A DNA stretch of 64,000 nucleotides, taken from contig CATNEN010000001.1 of NCBI GenBank assembly GCA_950097015.1, positions 15,128,001 through 15,192,000 on the forward strand. Direction: 5' to 3'. Below the pieces are notes generated by a model. The model worked only from the letters and a program-made list of their open reading frames with translations. It did not search any database and was not told the DNA's origin. Shown in pieces: positions 44,895-55,465 of the stretch (its first letter is position 1; the number at the start of each line of letters is the position of its first letter). Source of the stretch: Macrostomum hystrix (taxonomy: Eukaryota; Animalia; Platyhelminthes). The translations under genes were made by a program, and so were the position numbers.

Positions 44895-47800
44895 TTGACT
44901 TACTTGACTTAGCGGCAGGGGGCCTCCATGACGGACGCAGCGAGGAGGCGGCTGGTGCCGCCCATATCGCTAACCCCTGGCAGCCAGACGGCCTCCATCG
45001 AGGCGGTGCCGCTCAGGGTGGTCCGTCGGTCGGTTCCGCCGCGCGATCTTCCTCGCCATAGGCTGGGAAGAAATCAGCTCGGCCGGTATCCCGGAGGAAG
45101 TGGGCGAGCTGTGGGATGTTCTCGGGCGAGCAGGCTTCGGCAAGAGTCGGTGCCGGCCCGAGATGCTTTAGCCTAGCCCGGGTGAAGGCCGGGCAGTGGC
45201 AGATGAAATGTTCGGCGTTTTCACGTCCGGAGCAGCAGAAGGGACACGTTTCCTCAGGCACGTGGCCTTGGAGGTAGCGGTGTCTGGTGAAGCAGCCATG
45301 TCCCGAAAGGGCCATGGTGACTGCTCTCAGGTCTCTGCGGTTTAGCCTGAGTAAGGCCTTACGCAGGTTACTTGAGGGGGTTGGCACCGCAGCCCTGGAC
45401 TGGCGACAGTTCAGGGTGCTGGACCACCTCCTCCGATGCTGGGTCTCCATCCAGCGGTTGATGCTGGAGTTGACAACAGAGGCGGGGATCGGGGATTCCG
45501 GGCCCGGGCCCATCAGGGAGCTGGCTGCTCCAGCCTTTGCAAGCTGGTCCGCCATCTCATTCCCTGTGAACCCGGCATGCCCAGGGATCCACATCAGCTC
45601 CACCTTATTAGACTGCGCCAACCCGTTTAACTGGGTGTTGCAGTCCAAGGTGGTTCTGGAGCGAGAGGTGCAGCGGCTGAGGGCCTTGAGGGCTGCTTGA
45701 CTGTCGGAGTGAAAAAAGATCCTCCGACCAGCCAGCCGCCTCTGGCGCAGCTCAGCCGCACAGAAGCTGATGGCGAGCACTTCGTTTTGGAAAACGCTAG
45801 AGCTCTTGCCACAGTATTGGGAGTGGGTCCAGAGGACCTCACCACCCGAGGCGACGCACACTCCGAATCCCGATTTACCGTTCATCAGAGAGCCGTCAGT
45901 GTAACAGTGGACTGCCGGGTCATCCCAGCAGTCCTTTACCTCATTACGAGGGGAGATGCTGACTTTGTACCTGTGGCTCCGGAGTAAAGTGGCCGGGGCC
46001 CCGTCCGAAAGGATGGTGAGCCCTCCGCACTCGCCCAGAGTTTTCAGGCAGAGGTCAGAGTGAGGCAGAAGGGAGCGCTTCGAGAAGGCTCGCGAATTCT
46101 GGAAGTAGACACCCGCATCAAGAAGACGTCGGGTGGACTTTGCTGCTTCCCCCTTGACGAAAATGTCAATGGGTGTAGCGTTGAGGAAAGCATTCATGCC
46201 TTCGAAGGGAGTGGAGGGTGGGGCGCCCAGCGTCATACGACAGGCTCTGCCCTGCACCCTATAAAGCGCCTCCAGGTTTTTCTGGATGCCCATGGCGCTG
46301 GCCCAGATGAGGCCAGCGTAAGCGACGGACGGTCTAATGATCGCCGTGTAAATCCACCAAAGGTTCTTGGGGGTTAGCCCCCAGGTGACTTGCGCCAGTA
46401 TGGCCAGGGCCCTCTGGCCTTTGTGGTGATGTGTGGGGTCCAGTTAAGCCTATGGTCTAGCACGAGACCAAGGCACCGGACCTGCTTTTCCATTGCAATA
46501 TTCTTGCCATAGAGAGTCAGAGGCTTAATGGTCCAGAGCAGTTTGCTGGTAAACATAACCGCGACGGTCTTGGACTCAGAGAGTCGGAGCCCGCATTGGT
46601 CCGCCCAGCGCACCGCCCTGTTGATAAAGCCCTGAATGAGGTCCCTGGTGGTTTCCGCCGAGGGGCCCGCGCAGATGGCGGTCACATCGTCGGCATATCC
46701 CACCTTCAGGACTGGGTCTGGACGAGTGCTTTTCAGCAGCTCATCCATGACGAGATTCCACAGCAGTGGGGTGAGGACGCCGCCTTGGGGCCCTCCTTTT
46801 AGGACAGGTGCCGAGAGCACCATGCCTTCGAGGTGGGCCACCACGTGGCGATTCCGGATCATGTACATGACCCAGCGAACGAGGTGGGGGTGAGTGGCCC
46901 TGGAAACTAGGGCCTTCTCAAAGGCTTCGAAAACAACGTTATCGAAGGCCCCCTCAATATCAAGGAAGACAGCCAGGGCAAAACCGCTGCCCAGTACTGC
47001 CTTCTCTAGAGTCTCCACGATGCAGTGGAGGGCGCTCTCCGTGGACCGGCCCGCCCGAAAGGCGTGCTGGTTTGGCGAGAGCGGGGCCCGCCCTAGCTCT
47101 ACAGTAAGAAGGCGCCAGAGCACCAGTCTTTCCATGAGCTTGAGGCAGGTGGAAGTCAAACTTATCGGGCGATAAGACTTGACCGAGCGATAGTCGCCTT
47201 TGGCGGGCTTCGGGATGAAGACGACCCGGGCTTCGTGCCACAGCGCTGGTACGTAGCCCAGCACGATGCAGGCCCGTAGAAGTCTGCAGAGGAGATGGAG
47301 GAAGCGGCCATTTTTGACCGCTTCATGCAAAAAGGCCGGATAAATACCATCTGGCCCAGGTGCTTTGAAAGGGTTTAATGACTTTGCCGCGCGAACGATG
47401 CGGTCATTCGGGACGAGTGACTGAGCCAGGCCCTGACCTCCACGTGAGTGGTCGTCTGGGCCAAAGTGCGCCGGTACACTCGGGAAGAAATGCCCTAGCA
47501 TAAGCTCGAGCGTTTCCTCCGGGCGCTCCGTGATCGAGCCGTCTGGCTTTTTGATCGATGAGAGCTTGGAGAAGCGGTCGTTGGTGAGCGCCTTTACCAC
47601 GCGGGCCGTGGGCCGCGAGCCCTCCAGCCCTTCGCAGTATTGTCGCCATTTGTCCGCTTTTGCCCTTCTGACCCGGCCCTTAAACTCATGGATGGCGCGA
47701 GTATAGGCCTCTTTGTCATCAGGGTCGTGCGAGGTTTTCAGCTTCCTCTGGAGAGCCTTAGCTCGGCGTCTCAGGACTCCGAGCTCGGGGTTCCACCAGG

Positions 47801-48825
47801 GGGCCGATTTTTTGCCTTTGTAGGCTTTGAGCGGGCAAGCCATTTCGTAGGCCTCTGTGATGGCGCCGCCCAGCAGGGCAGCCACTCCATCTAGGTCCTG
47901 CGTGGTTGCCATGGCCATGGAGGGGTCGGAATCCCGAAGGCCCTCATGCAGCTTTTGGCTGAACGCGGGCCAGTCGGTGTTTCTGACATTACGCCTCCAA
48001 ATAGGCTTTTGCTTCTTATCGGGGGTACCGATGTTGAAGCGAATGAAACGATGGTCCGAGAGCGAGCTTTCGGTCTCCCATACCTCCCACCCCAGCACCC
48101 TTGGGAGGATGCCGGGTGAGGCCAGGGTGACGTCAAGCACCTCAGCCCACCGCCCATTGTCGAAAGTGGGCGTGTTGCCCACATTACAGAAGTTAAGAGG
48201 CGTGCCGCTGACGAAGGCCAGGAGCTCTTCGCCGCGGTCATTGATTTTTTAGCTACCCCAGTGGGTGTGATGCGAGTTTGCATCTCTCGCGAGGAGCAGC
48301 TCGAAGTTTCGTGCCCTGGCGAAATCACAGAGGGCGACGAGGGTATCGCTGACCACGGGGGCGTCGCCTGCCAGGTAGGCGGATGCCACGAGGGTCAACT
48401 TGTTAGGCACAATGTGTGCAGATTGGATGACGCAGATGTCCCCGTTAGAGAGATCGGGTCTCATCCACGCATTTAAGGCTTTTGCGGCATAGATCAGTGA
48501 TCTAGGGCGGACAGAGTCTGCCATGCAGAAGCAGTCATAGCCAGCAGGAATGTTGCTTGGCTTGTTCTTTGATAACCAGGGCTCCTGCACAAGTACAAGG
48601 CCCGGCATCATGCGCTCTGTCGTGCGCATCAGATTTACTGATGCTGCCACGCAGTGCTGGGTGTTAACTTGCAGACATGATATTCCGGGGATCATCATGC
48701 AGGCAGAGGTCTACTTGGAGGGGGACTCAGCCAGAAGGCGGTCCTCCTCCTCCAGGTCGATGTCGGTAGGCATGGGCTCCTCCGTGCCCAGGCCCCGAGC
48801 CAGAGGCGGGAACTCGACGGGGTCA
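44895..48825 (-). mobile_element. 5'-truncated LINE (I group, Loa/R1-like): end of ORF1 plus ORF2 (APE-RT-RNase H-CCHC) with two frameshifts
   Basis: APE LQVNTQH, VQEPW, DANSHH..WGS, SDHRFI; RT KAPGPDGI, YRPISL, FLDIEGAFD, PQGGVLTP, YADD; RNase H YTDGS, SDSQAAL, WIPGH.G..GNE.AD; CPFC...E..EHF.C.C; 12-bp TSD CGCGAATGGATC at 44883-44894 and 48826-48837; short TAAGTCAA(G) 3' tail. Confidence 0.93.
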
Positions 48826-51800
48826 CGCGAATGGATCAGTGAGTCTGCGAATTTATATGAATCTGTGAGTTTTTGAATACGTGTTTGCATGGATGGATTG
48901 GATGATTGAACCAATTTAGTCTATAGTCTAATAAACTCTTACAATCAACAATCGGAGATTCCATGGCGCTGGTTGAATGCAGGTGGTTCTTCTGGTCCTC
49001 CATCAGTCTTTGAGGTGTGGATGGGAATGGGATCAGTGTCGCGGTGCTGCTTAATCTCTGTAGCTGCGGTCGATCAGGCAGAGGAGCTGCTTTGGAGCCC
49101 ACATTCCTCTGATTTATGGCCTCGGAAGCTTCCCTCTCGCTCTCCGAGGTAGTAATGTTCTGTTTTAATTTTAGAAGGAAATTAGAAGGAAATGTGATCA
49201 TAGGCAGTGTAATGACTTGTGTTAGAAGTCAAATCGAACTCCAATTTCAAGTATCTCGGCTTTCACTGGAAGCAGACAGAAAAGGAGGAACAAAAGAGTG
49301 TGTGAAGCCCAACCAGTCAGGCTCAACATTATATTTGAGGGCTCTTGGCCTATGACAAAGCAGGCTACAACAAGCGCAGGGAAAGGCATGTGAACGTACA
49401 ACGGGAAACTCGGTGCGCAGTGAGTTGAGAAGCGTACAGCGCCCATGAGTCAGTCAGTGGCCCCCATACTGAGTGCAAGCAGACAGGACACAGTTAGTTT
49501 TGTGCAGTCAAAGTTCCCGGCCAGGCGTGCAGACTGAGGGTCTGCAGCCCAGGCCATCACAGCAGTCTATGGCCGCGGGCTAGCCGGCCTCAGCTCATGC
49601 GTTTATTGTGCGCCTAGCCAGGGTGCCCTCATGGTGAGGTGAGCTGGGCTAGCCGATCGCAGCTCATGGGCCCAGCCCATGGGCCCAGGGTGCGCTCCTG
49701 GTGTGGGCCTCGGATATGGATAGGAAGGTGACGTTGGGCCAGCCAACCAAAAGCATGATTGCCATGCAAGACAAAGAGTTTTCCAAAACATATAGGCTAT
49801 CCTACTGTATGTGATTCCTTTGGTGCTTCGAGTGTACTGTATAGTGCTGATATTTATGTAAATCAGCGTAAAACCGCTTTTTTTCTTACTCAGCCGGATT
49901 AAGAAATGAGTAGGCTTATATGATGTTCTTGTTGTTCTGCAAAACATATAATCATTAATTTAAATAAAAAATAAGTCGAACCAACGACCCGCAGTTGTCA
50001 TGCAGACGTGCTACCAGTTTCACCACATGACATTGCCCATATACAACGAAGAATTACTATTTATTTGTATATTCTTTCGTTCGAATACTTTTGGCTGCAG
50101 GCTGCAGCTTGTGCTTACTTATTTTAAGCAATGGCTATCGTAGCGATCAAATTCGCAACGCATTACTAGCAACGCAAGCAAATATATCGCGAGCTAGCGA
50201 ATCGCTCCATTTTCTAACGACGGGTCCAGCAGGTCCCCAAATTTTATCTGCAAAGCTTTAAAGACCAAAAGGGTGAACGTCAATATTACAAATACTCAGC
50301 AAAAGTCTAAATTATTAGCACCCGTAACGAAAGTCATCGATTTATCGTTGCACCAAACATTCTACTTATTTTTGTCATTACATGTAATTTCATAAAGCTT
50401 TAAATAAAGACCAGCAAGGCAAAAATCATTAAATCATTATTTTTAAAGCATAAAAGTAACTTAAAAGAAAGGTTGAAGCGAAAATAGTTCGCTAAAAGAT
50501 TTTTTTAAACACATACTGCATCAAAACGGCAAAACAGCGTTTAAATTTTGTAGGGTACGAAGTGCAATGCCTTACTATTCCTCACACCAGTATCTAAATG
50601 TTTTACTTTGTTTAGAGTTACATAAAGTTTCCGGAACATATTACCTTTGCGACAGAATTCAACATGATAAATAATCGACCAATTTATAAATCTAATTAAT
50701 GCAAAGTCATTGCATTCTGTCGCAAAAAGCAGTGTAATCGCACGAGTTCAACCTACTGAAACATCGATTTAGTTAATTCATCTACAAATATTATATATTT
50801 TTTTAATAAAAGTGTCTGAGCTTTCGTGTTCTGCTACAAAGTAGGGAAACCGTGAGACTTTCTGGTATATTAGGTCCTAATTTAATAATTCTCGAAAAAC
50901 CAAGGTATTCCAAATGATTAGCTACGAAACACATTGTTTTCCTTTCTTGAAGATCGGCTCGATATTACCCGCAACTTACGTATGTAAACCGTAACGTACT
51001 CGTAACATTCAAGTTTAAAAAAACAAAATCGTAATAAAGGTATAGGCTACTAAATACTGCTTTGAAAAAACAAATAATTAAGTTCTTAAACATATACATA
51101 AAGAAGGCTCTGCAGATTTCTTTGGCGCGGTTTTAATAATTTCAGATGCATGTTCATCGGAGTTGTTCGCCATGTTGTATTTAGCTTTTTCAAATTTTAA
51201 TTTTGATCTGAATTTTAATTAATTTAGTAATTTAATTTTCACTTTCAGTTGAAAGTGAAGTGAAAGACAGGTAAATCGAAACAAAAAAGTACAAGATTGT
51301 ACCAATTGCAATCATTCCACATTACTGTTACATTTTCTAGATTATTTCCACTTTGGTAGCTAATTTCGTTCTTCGTAAATCGTAATTAAGGTTTAAAAGA
51401 AAAATATTTGTATTGTTTACTTCACTCTTAACTTAGTTTTGGACAAATCAGAGTCATTTGCACAAGTTTTAGCTGCGCCAGCAGGTAATTAAAAACTCGA
51501 TAAATGTCTAAACAATGTCAGTTGGAAAATGACATATGTCAATATATGGCAAAATTACATGGTTAATATTATGTAATATAACATAACACTCTAGATAGCT
51601 AGTATTGAATAGGAAATATTATCTATCTTTGGCAGATTAGAAACTAGTTAACTCGGCAGTAAATCAGTACTATAGTTAGTGCCTATAAGCATTTACTCAT
51701 ATTTAGTTTACATTGAAGATAGGTTAGGCCTAATCCAAAATTTTGTTAGAGGTTGTGCCAGTGTGTATTAAATTAGAAACAGTTGTCCGACTATAATATT

Positions 51801-52795
51801 CACTTTTATTTGTTAAGTTCTGCTGCTAGTTTCTTTGTATTTCTTGCTTAACAGTGTACTAAGCTCTGCAACTTTTTATGAAGCAACACAGTCACTAATT
51901 TCATTTGGTCTTTAGACCTAGCCTCCTATGCCTAGCCTACTTCCAGAGTCAGAAAGGTGGCTCTGTGTGCCAGAAAGAAATTATAAACAATGTAATATGT
52001 GACATGCACCACCAATATAAGTAACTTTACCATTGAGTCAAGTAGGCTTTGGTAAATAGTTAATAGGGCAAGATCTCAAAAAACCAATGCATACTCTTTG
52101 CACAAAGGCTTCTTTCCAGTGGACCTTGAACTTGAGATCAGTATATATATTAATCAATCACTTAAGAGGGTATTAAACTGAGATTAGTGGCAATCCATTA
52201 GAGGATTAGAGAAGTCCATGCTGGTATCAGTATCAGACAGGCTGATCATCTAGGCAGAACAACTGCAGCTGGACACTGCAGTGTGTCTGGCAGAATAGCT
52301 GTAGCTGGACACTGCAGCATGTCAGTCTGGCCCTGGCAAAGCTGAGCAAACTACCACCCCGAGTGCTGCCAATCTTTGTCACATTCCATGGAGTCCATGG
52401 GTGGCAGAAAGTGTTAATTTGTGAGAGTGAGAAAAAGGGATTTGTGTGCAAGTTTTTAAGTAAATGTTCAATCCTTTATATTCAAGCAAGTGTATAGAAA
52501 TGATGCCCAAGTGCAGGTCTGCAATCTCCACAGACTGTAGTTACATGACCACGATACTTGTGGGAATATATGTGGAATATAAGTGCTATGATTTCATTGT
52601 AGAATATATAAAACTTTATAGTATTAAATAGAAAACAGTTGTCTGTCTACAATATTAAATACTGTGGAGCAATTCTTATAAATTACTTTCTCATTTCCAG
52701 ACAATGTATCGCGGCATCGAACTGAAGCGTGTTGTCAAAGCTTCACTGCAAACTGGCTGTCGTGGGCGACCCAGAAAGATTAAGACAATCATTAG

Positions 52796-55465
52796 CGGCC
52801 GAAATCGAGGCTCAACATCTCGGCACCCTGTTCTCCTAACTATAAATCACTCCCAACAACCAGCGAAATCCCGCCCAGACAGGTAACGATCAACCAACAT
52901 AGACGATCATATCGTCCAGCAATCTTGGTCCTTGTATTGTGCCTATTGGCTACATTGCTGCCCGTTGCTATGTCAACCCCAACTGTGGCACCACCAAATC
53001 AAGAGGACAAACATGTACATCCATTGTATGTCGACACGCCAATGCTGTGTCCATCTAATATTCCGCCTAAAATCTTCACCATACCACAAGAAATCGAGTG
53101 CGAGAAGTTTCAACAACCTAGGCGACAAGTCACACCTATCCGCTTGGAACTCTACAGCACCAATCTTGATACGGCTTCTATATTGATTACGGCATGCCTC
53201 CGTGAGAAATTATCATTCTCTTGTACTAAATCATCCATAGTACGACGATGGAACGATGCCACTATCAAGATTACCCCTCAACCAGTCAGTCAACAAGACT
53301 GCCAAAGGTGGTCAGAAGGCAAGGTTTCACCTGAGGGTGTTCTGAAACTAAAAACGTCTCCAACCCAGACTCTTCGTCGTTACCAATCGGACATTAGCGA
53401 CGCCATGACGACTGAATGCCTCGCAAATCGTCCCTTCGAAACGACAATAACTACAATAATACAGAACATCCCGGCATACGCTCAACCTCATGGTTTGATG
53501 GAGTCTTTATCATTTCCGGTCAAACACTGCAATTACACTACACATACTTGCATACTGGAGACTACTTTTGACCAAATGATTCGATTCAATTTGCCTCTTT
53601 CTATCTTGGCTGCTCCTTGGAAAGACCTCGAACAAAATGCCTTGTTAACGTTAACTACCTCTGGCAATCGTCAACTTCGACTCATTTGGACGATGCCAGA
53701 ACTCTCAGATTGTCGTCTTAAAGCCTTCCGTGTGATGTCCGGACACCTAAGTTCTGGATTTTTTCTCAATGATGACCAGACACTTGGACTTACCTTCGTA
53801 CCATCACCTAAAACGCACCTGTTAACATGCTCAGGATTGCGGAAGACTCTATACCTATCTACCCAAGGAATCTATGTCGCTGTTCTCGACAACCAAGAGA
53901 ACAACTTCACTACCATTCTGCGTTCACAGATTACGAACGCTCCAGTGCTTACTCCGGCAAACCAGCCGACAGCCAGCGACATAGATACCGCCTCAATAAA
54001 ATTAAGACTCAGGCGCTCATCCGCCTTGACACTTCCAACTCCACCGACTCGATCTCCGAATCCAAATAAACAAATACTGGTGACAACGGAGTCCCTGCAG
54101 TCAACTACTCCTTTTGCCGGTACCGAAAGATCTGATCCTACAACTATGATAATACCAAATTCGCTACCGACGACACATTACGACACAGGAAGCTCCGTCG
54201 CATCCGACCCACCTAAAGTTACGAACAGTCCACTTAAGGACATACCGAACTCCACATCTTCGATGAGTCCGCAAACGGTGACAACTGAACAACTGACAAG
54301 TCAACGGATGTCTACCACCACAGTGGCACCGACACATTTGGTGGTGACAAGCACGTCCGACACATCTACACCACCAGCAGAGGTTGTTCCAAGAACTACA
54401 GGCCAAAGGACAGGTGAACCTGTCGGCCCGTATCATACACCGTTCCACGAACCTTCTGAATCACTACCTGACCTACCTAACCTAAGAAGGTTAAAACGTC
54501 AGACGAAAGTAGCTCAGACAACCAACACCACCGATACAGTTAAAACTTCTCAATCACTTGTTTCTGCAGAATTGCTATCGGCACAATTACAAGGCGTCAC
54601 AACAAAATTACATCACGATATTCAAGAGACTCACAACCAGTTGATGAACACGCAATGCAAGATGTACACTCTAAACTTAAAGTACAATCGACAGCTGTAT
54701 TATACAAATCCTACACTTGCCGCACGAATATTACTACAAACTCCATTCGTGCATGCACGTTCCATTGCGGGATACATCTTTGTATATCAGTGTCAACCAT
54801 TGCATAACTTTCGATTTGTACAACCGTACTATTCAACTGGAATGTGTTTTACTCGCCCACCAGTCTCTTTTACCGTTCAAAACCAAACTGCACTCGGTTT
54901 CCTCGATACGACAACTCGCATCGTATCCACTGCGAAACCTATGTTGATACCATGTCCATCAGTGTATCACTACTACCTCCCAAAACAGTCGATGCTCTTC
55001 AGAACGAACCTCAACTTCACCACGTTTACGCCGACTAGTTCTGATTTCACGACAGATGAAACGTACAAACTGGTGGACCTCCAGTCTTCCATTATACAGA
55101 GCATCTTCACCCCACTGGGAGACATTAACTACACGTCACTACGAAGTGCAATCACTATAACCGACCTAATGACACAATTCATACATACACGTGATTTCTT
55201 AGTCACCGTGTTTAAACTTAACAATACTGGCCAATTCAAACTCGGTTTTGATCCTATCAGTGGCCTCGACACACACTCAGCGCTTATGAATCTGTGGTCC
55301 AATTCCCTATTCAGCTGGGAACGCCTTAAGGCGAACCACCAGGAGAAATTTATATTCAGCGCTGCAGTCATTGTCTATGTTGCACTAATCATTTTTCTTT
55401 GCAACATTGGAGCCTCTGTGTCGCCTCCACGCTCCATTTTGGTAGCACACACCGTGTCGCCTTGA
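52796..55465 (+). CDS. env: Envelope glycoprotein, class III / herpesvirus gB-like (frame open from 52796; no ATG before the signal sequence)
   Basis: Hydrophobic signal (ILVLVLCLLATLLPVAMS); Cys-rich ectodomain; RLRR and RLKR furin-type sites; gB-like blocks SAQLQ...L...I......C, NPTLAARILL....ARSIAGYI.V.QCQP, CFTRPPVSF, GFLD...RIV, IPC; N-glycosylation sequons; C-terminal TM FIFSAAVIVYVALIIFL. Confidence 0.8.
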   Translation, partial: RPKSRLNISAPCSPNYKSLPTTSEIPPRQVTINQHRRSYRPAILVLVLCLLATLLPVAMSTPTVAPPNQEDKHVHPLYVDTPMLCPSNIPPKIFTIPQEIECEKFQQPRRQVTPIRLELYSTNLDTASILITACLREKLSFSCTKSSIVRRWNDATIKITPQPVSQQDCQRWSEGKVSPEGVLKLKTSPTQTLRRYQSDISDAMTTECLANRPFETTITTIIQNIPAYAQPHGLMESLSFPVKHCNYTTHTCILETTFDQMIRFNLPLSILAAPWKDLEQNALLTLTTSGNRQLRLIWTMPELSDCRLKAFRVMSGHLSSGFFLNDDQTLGLTFVPSPKTHLLTCSGLRKTLYLSTQGIYVAVLDNQENNFTTILRSQITNAPVLTPANQPTASDIDTASIKLRLRRSSALTLPTPPTRSPNPNKQILVTTESLQSTTPFAGTERSDPTTMIIPNSLPTTHYDTGSSVASDPPKVTNSPLKDIPNSTSSMSPQTVTTEQLTSQRMSTTTVAPTHLVVTSTSDTSTPPAEVVPRTTGQRTGEPVGPYHTPFHEPSESLPDLPNLRRLKRQTKVAQTTNTTDTVKTSQSLVSAELLSAQLQGVTTKLHHDIQETHNQLMNTQCKMYTLNLKYNRQLYYTNPTLAARILLQTPFVHARSIAGYIFVYQCQPLHNFRFVQPYYSTGMCFTRPPVSFTVQNQTALGFLDTTTRIVSTAKPMLIPCPSVYHYYLPKQSMLFRTNLNFTTFTPTSSDFTTDETYKLVDLQSSIIQSIFTPLGDINYTSLRSAITITDLMTQFIHTRDFLVTVFKLNNTGQFKLGFDPISGLDTHSALMNLWSNSLFSWERLKANHQEKFIFSAAVIVYVALIIFLCNIGASVSPPRSILVAHTVSP

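Noticed and set aside
45287-48876. Plus-strand ORFs opposite the LINE, and similar shadow ORFs opposite iGluR, EVE and transposase
   Set aside because: Antisense shadows of GC-rich coding sequence
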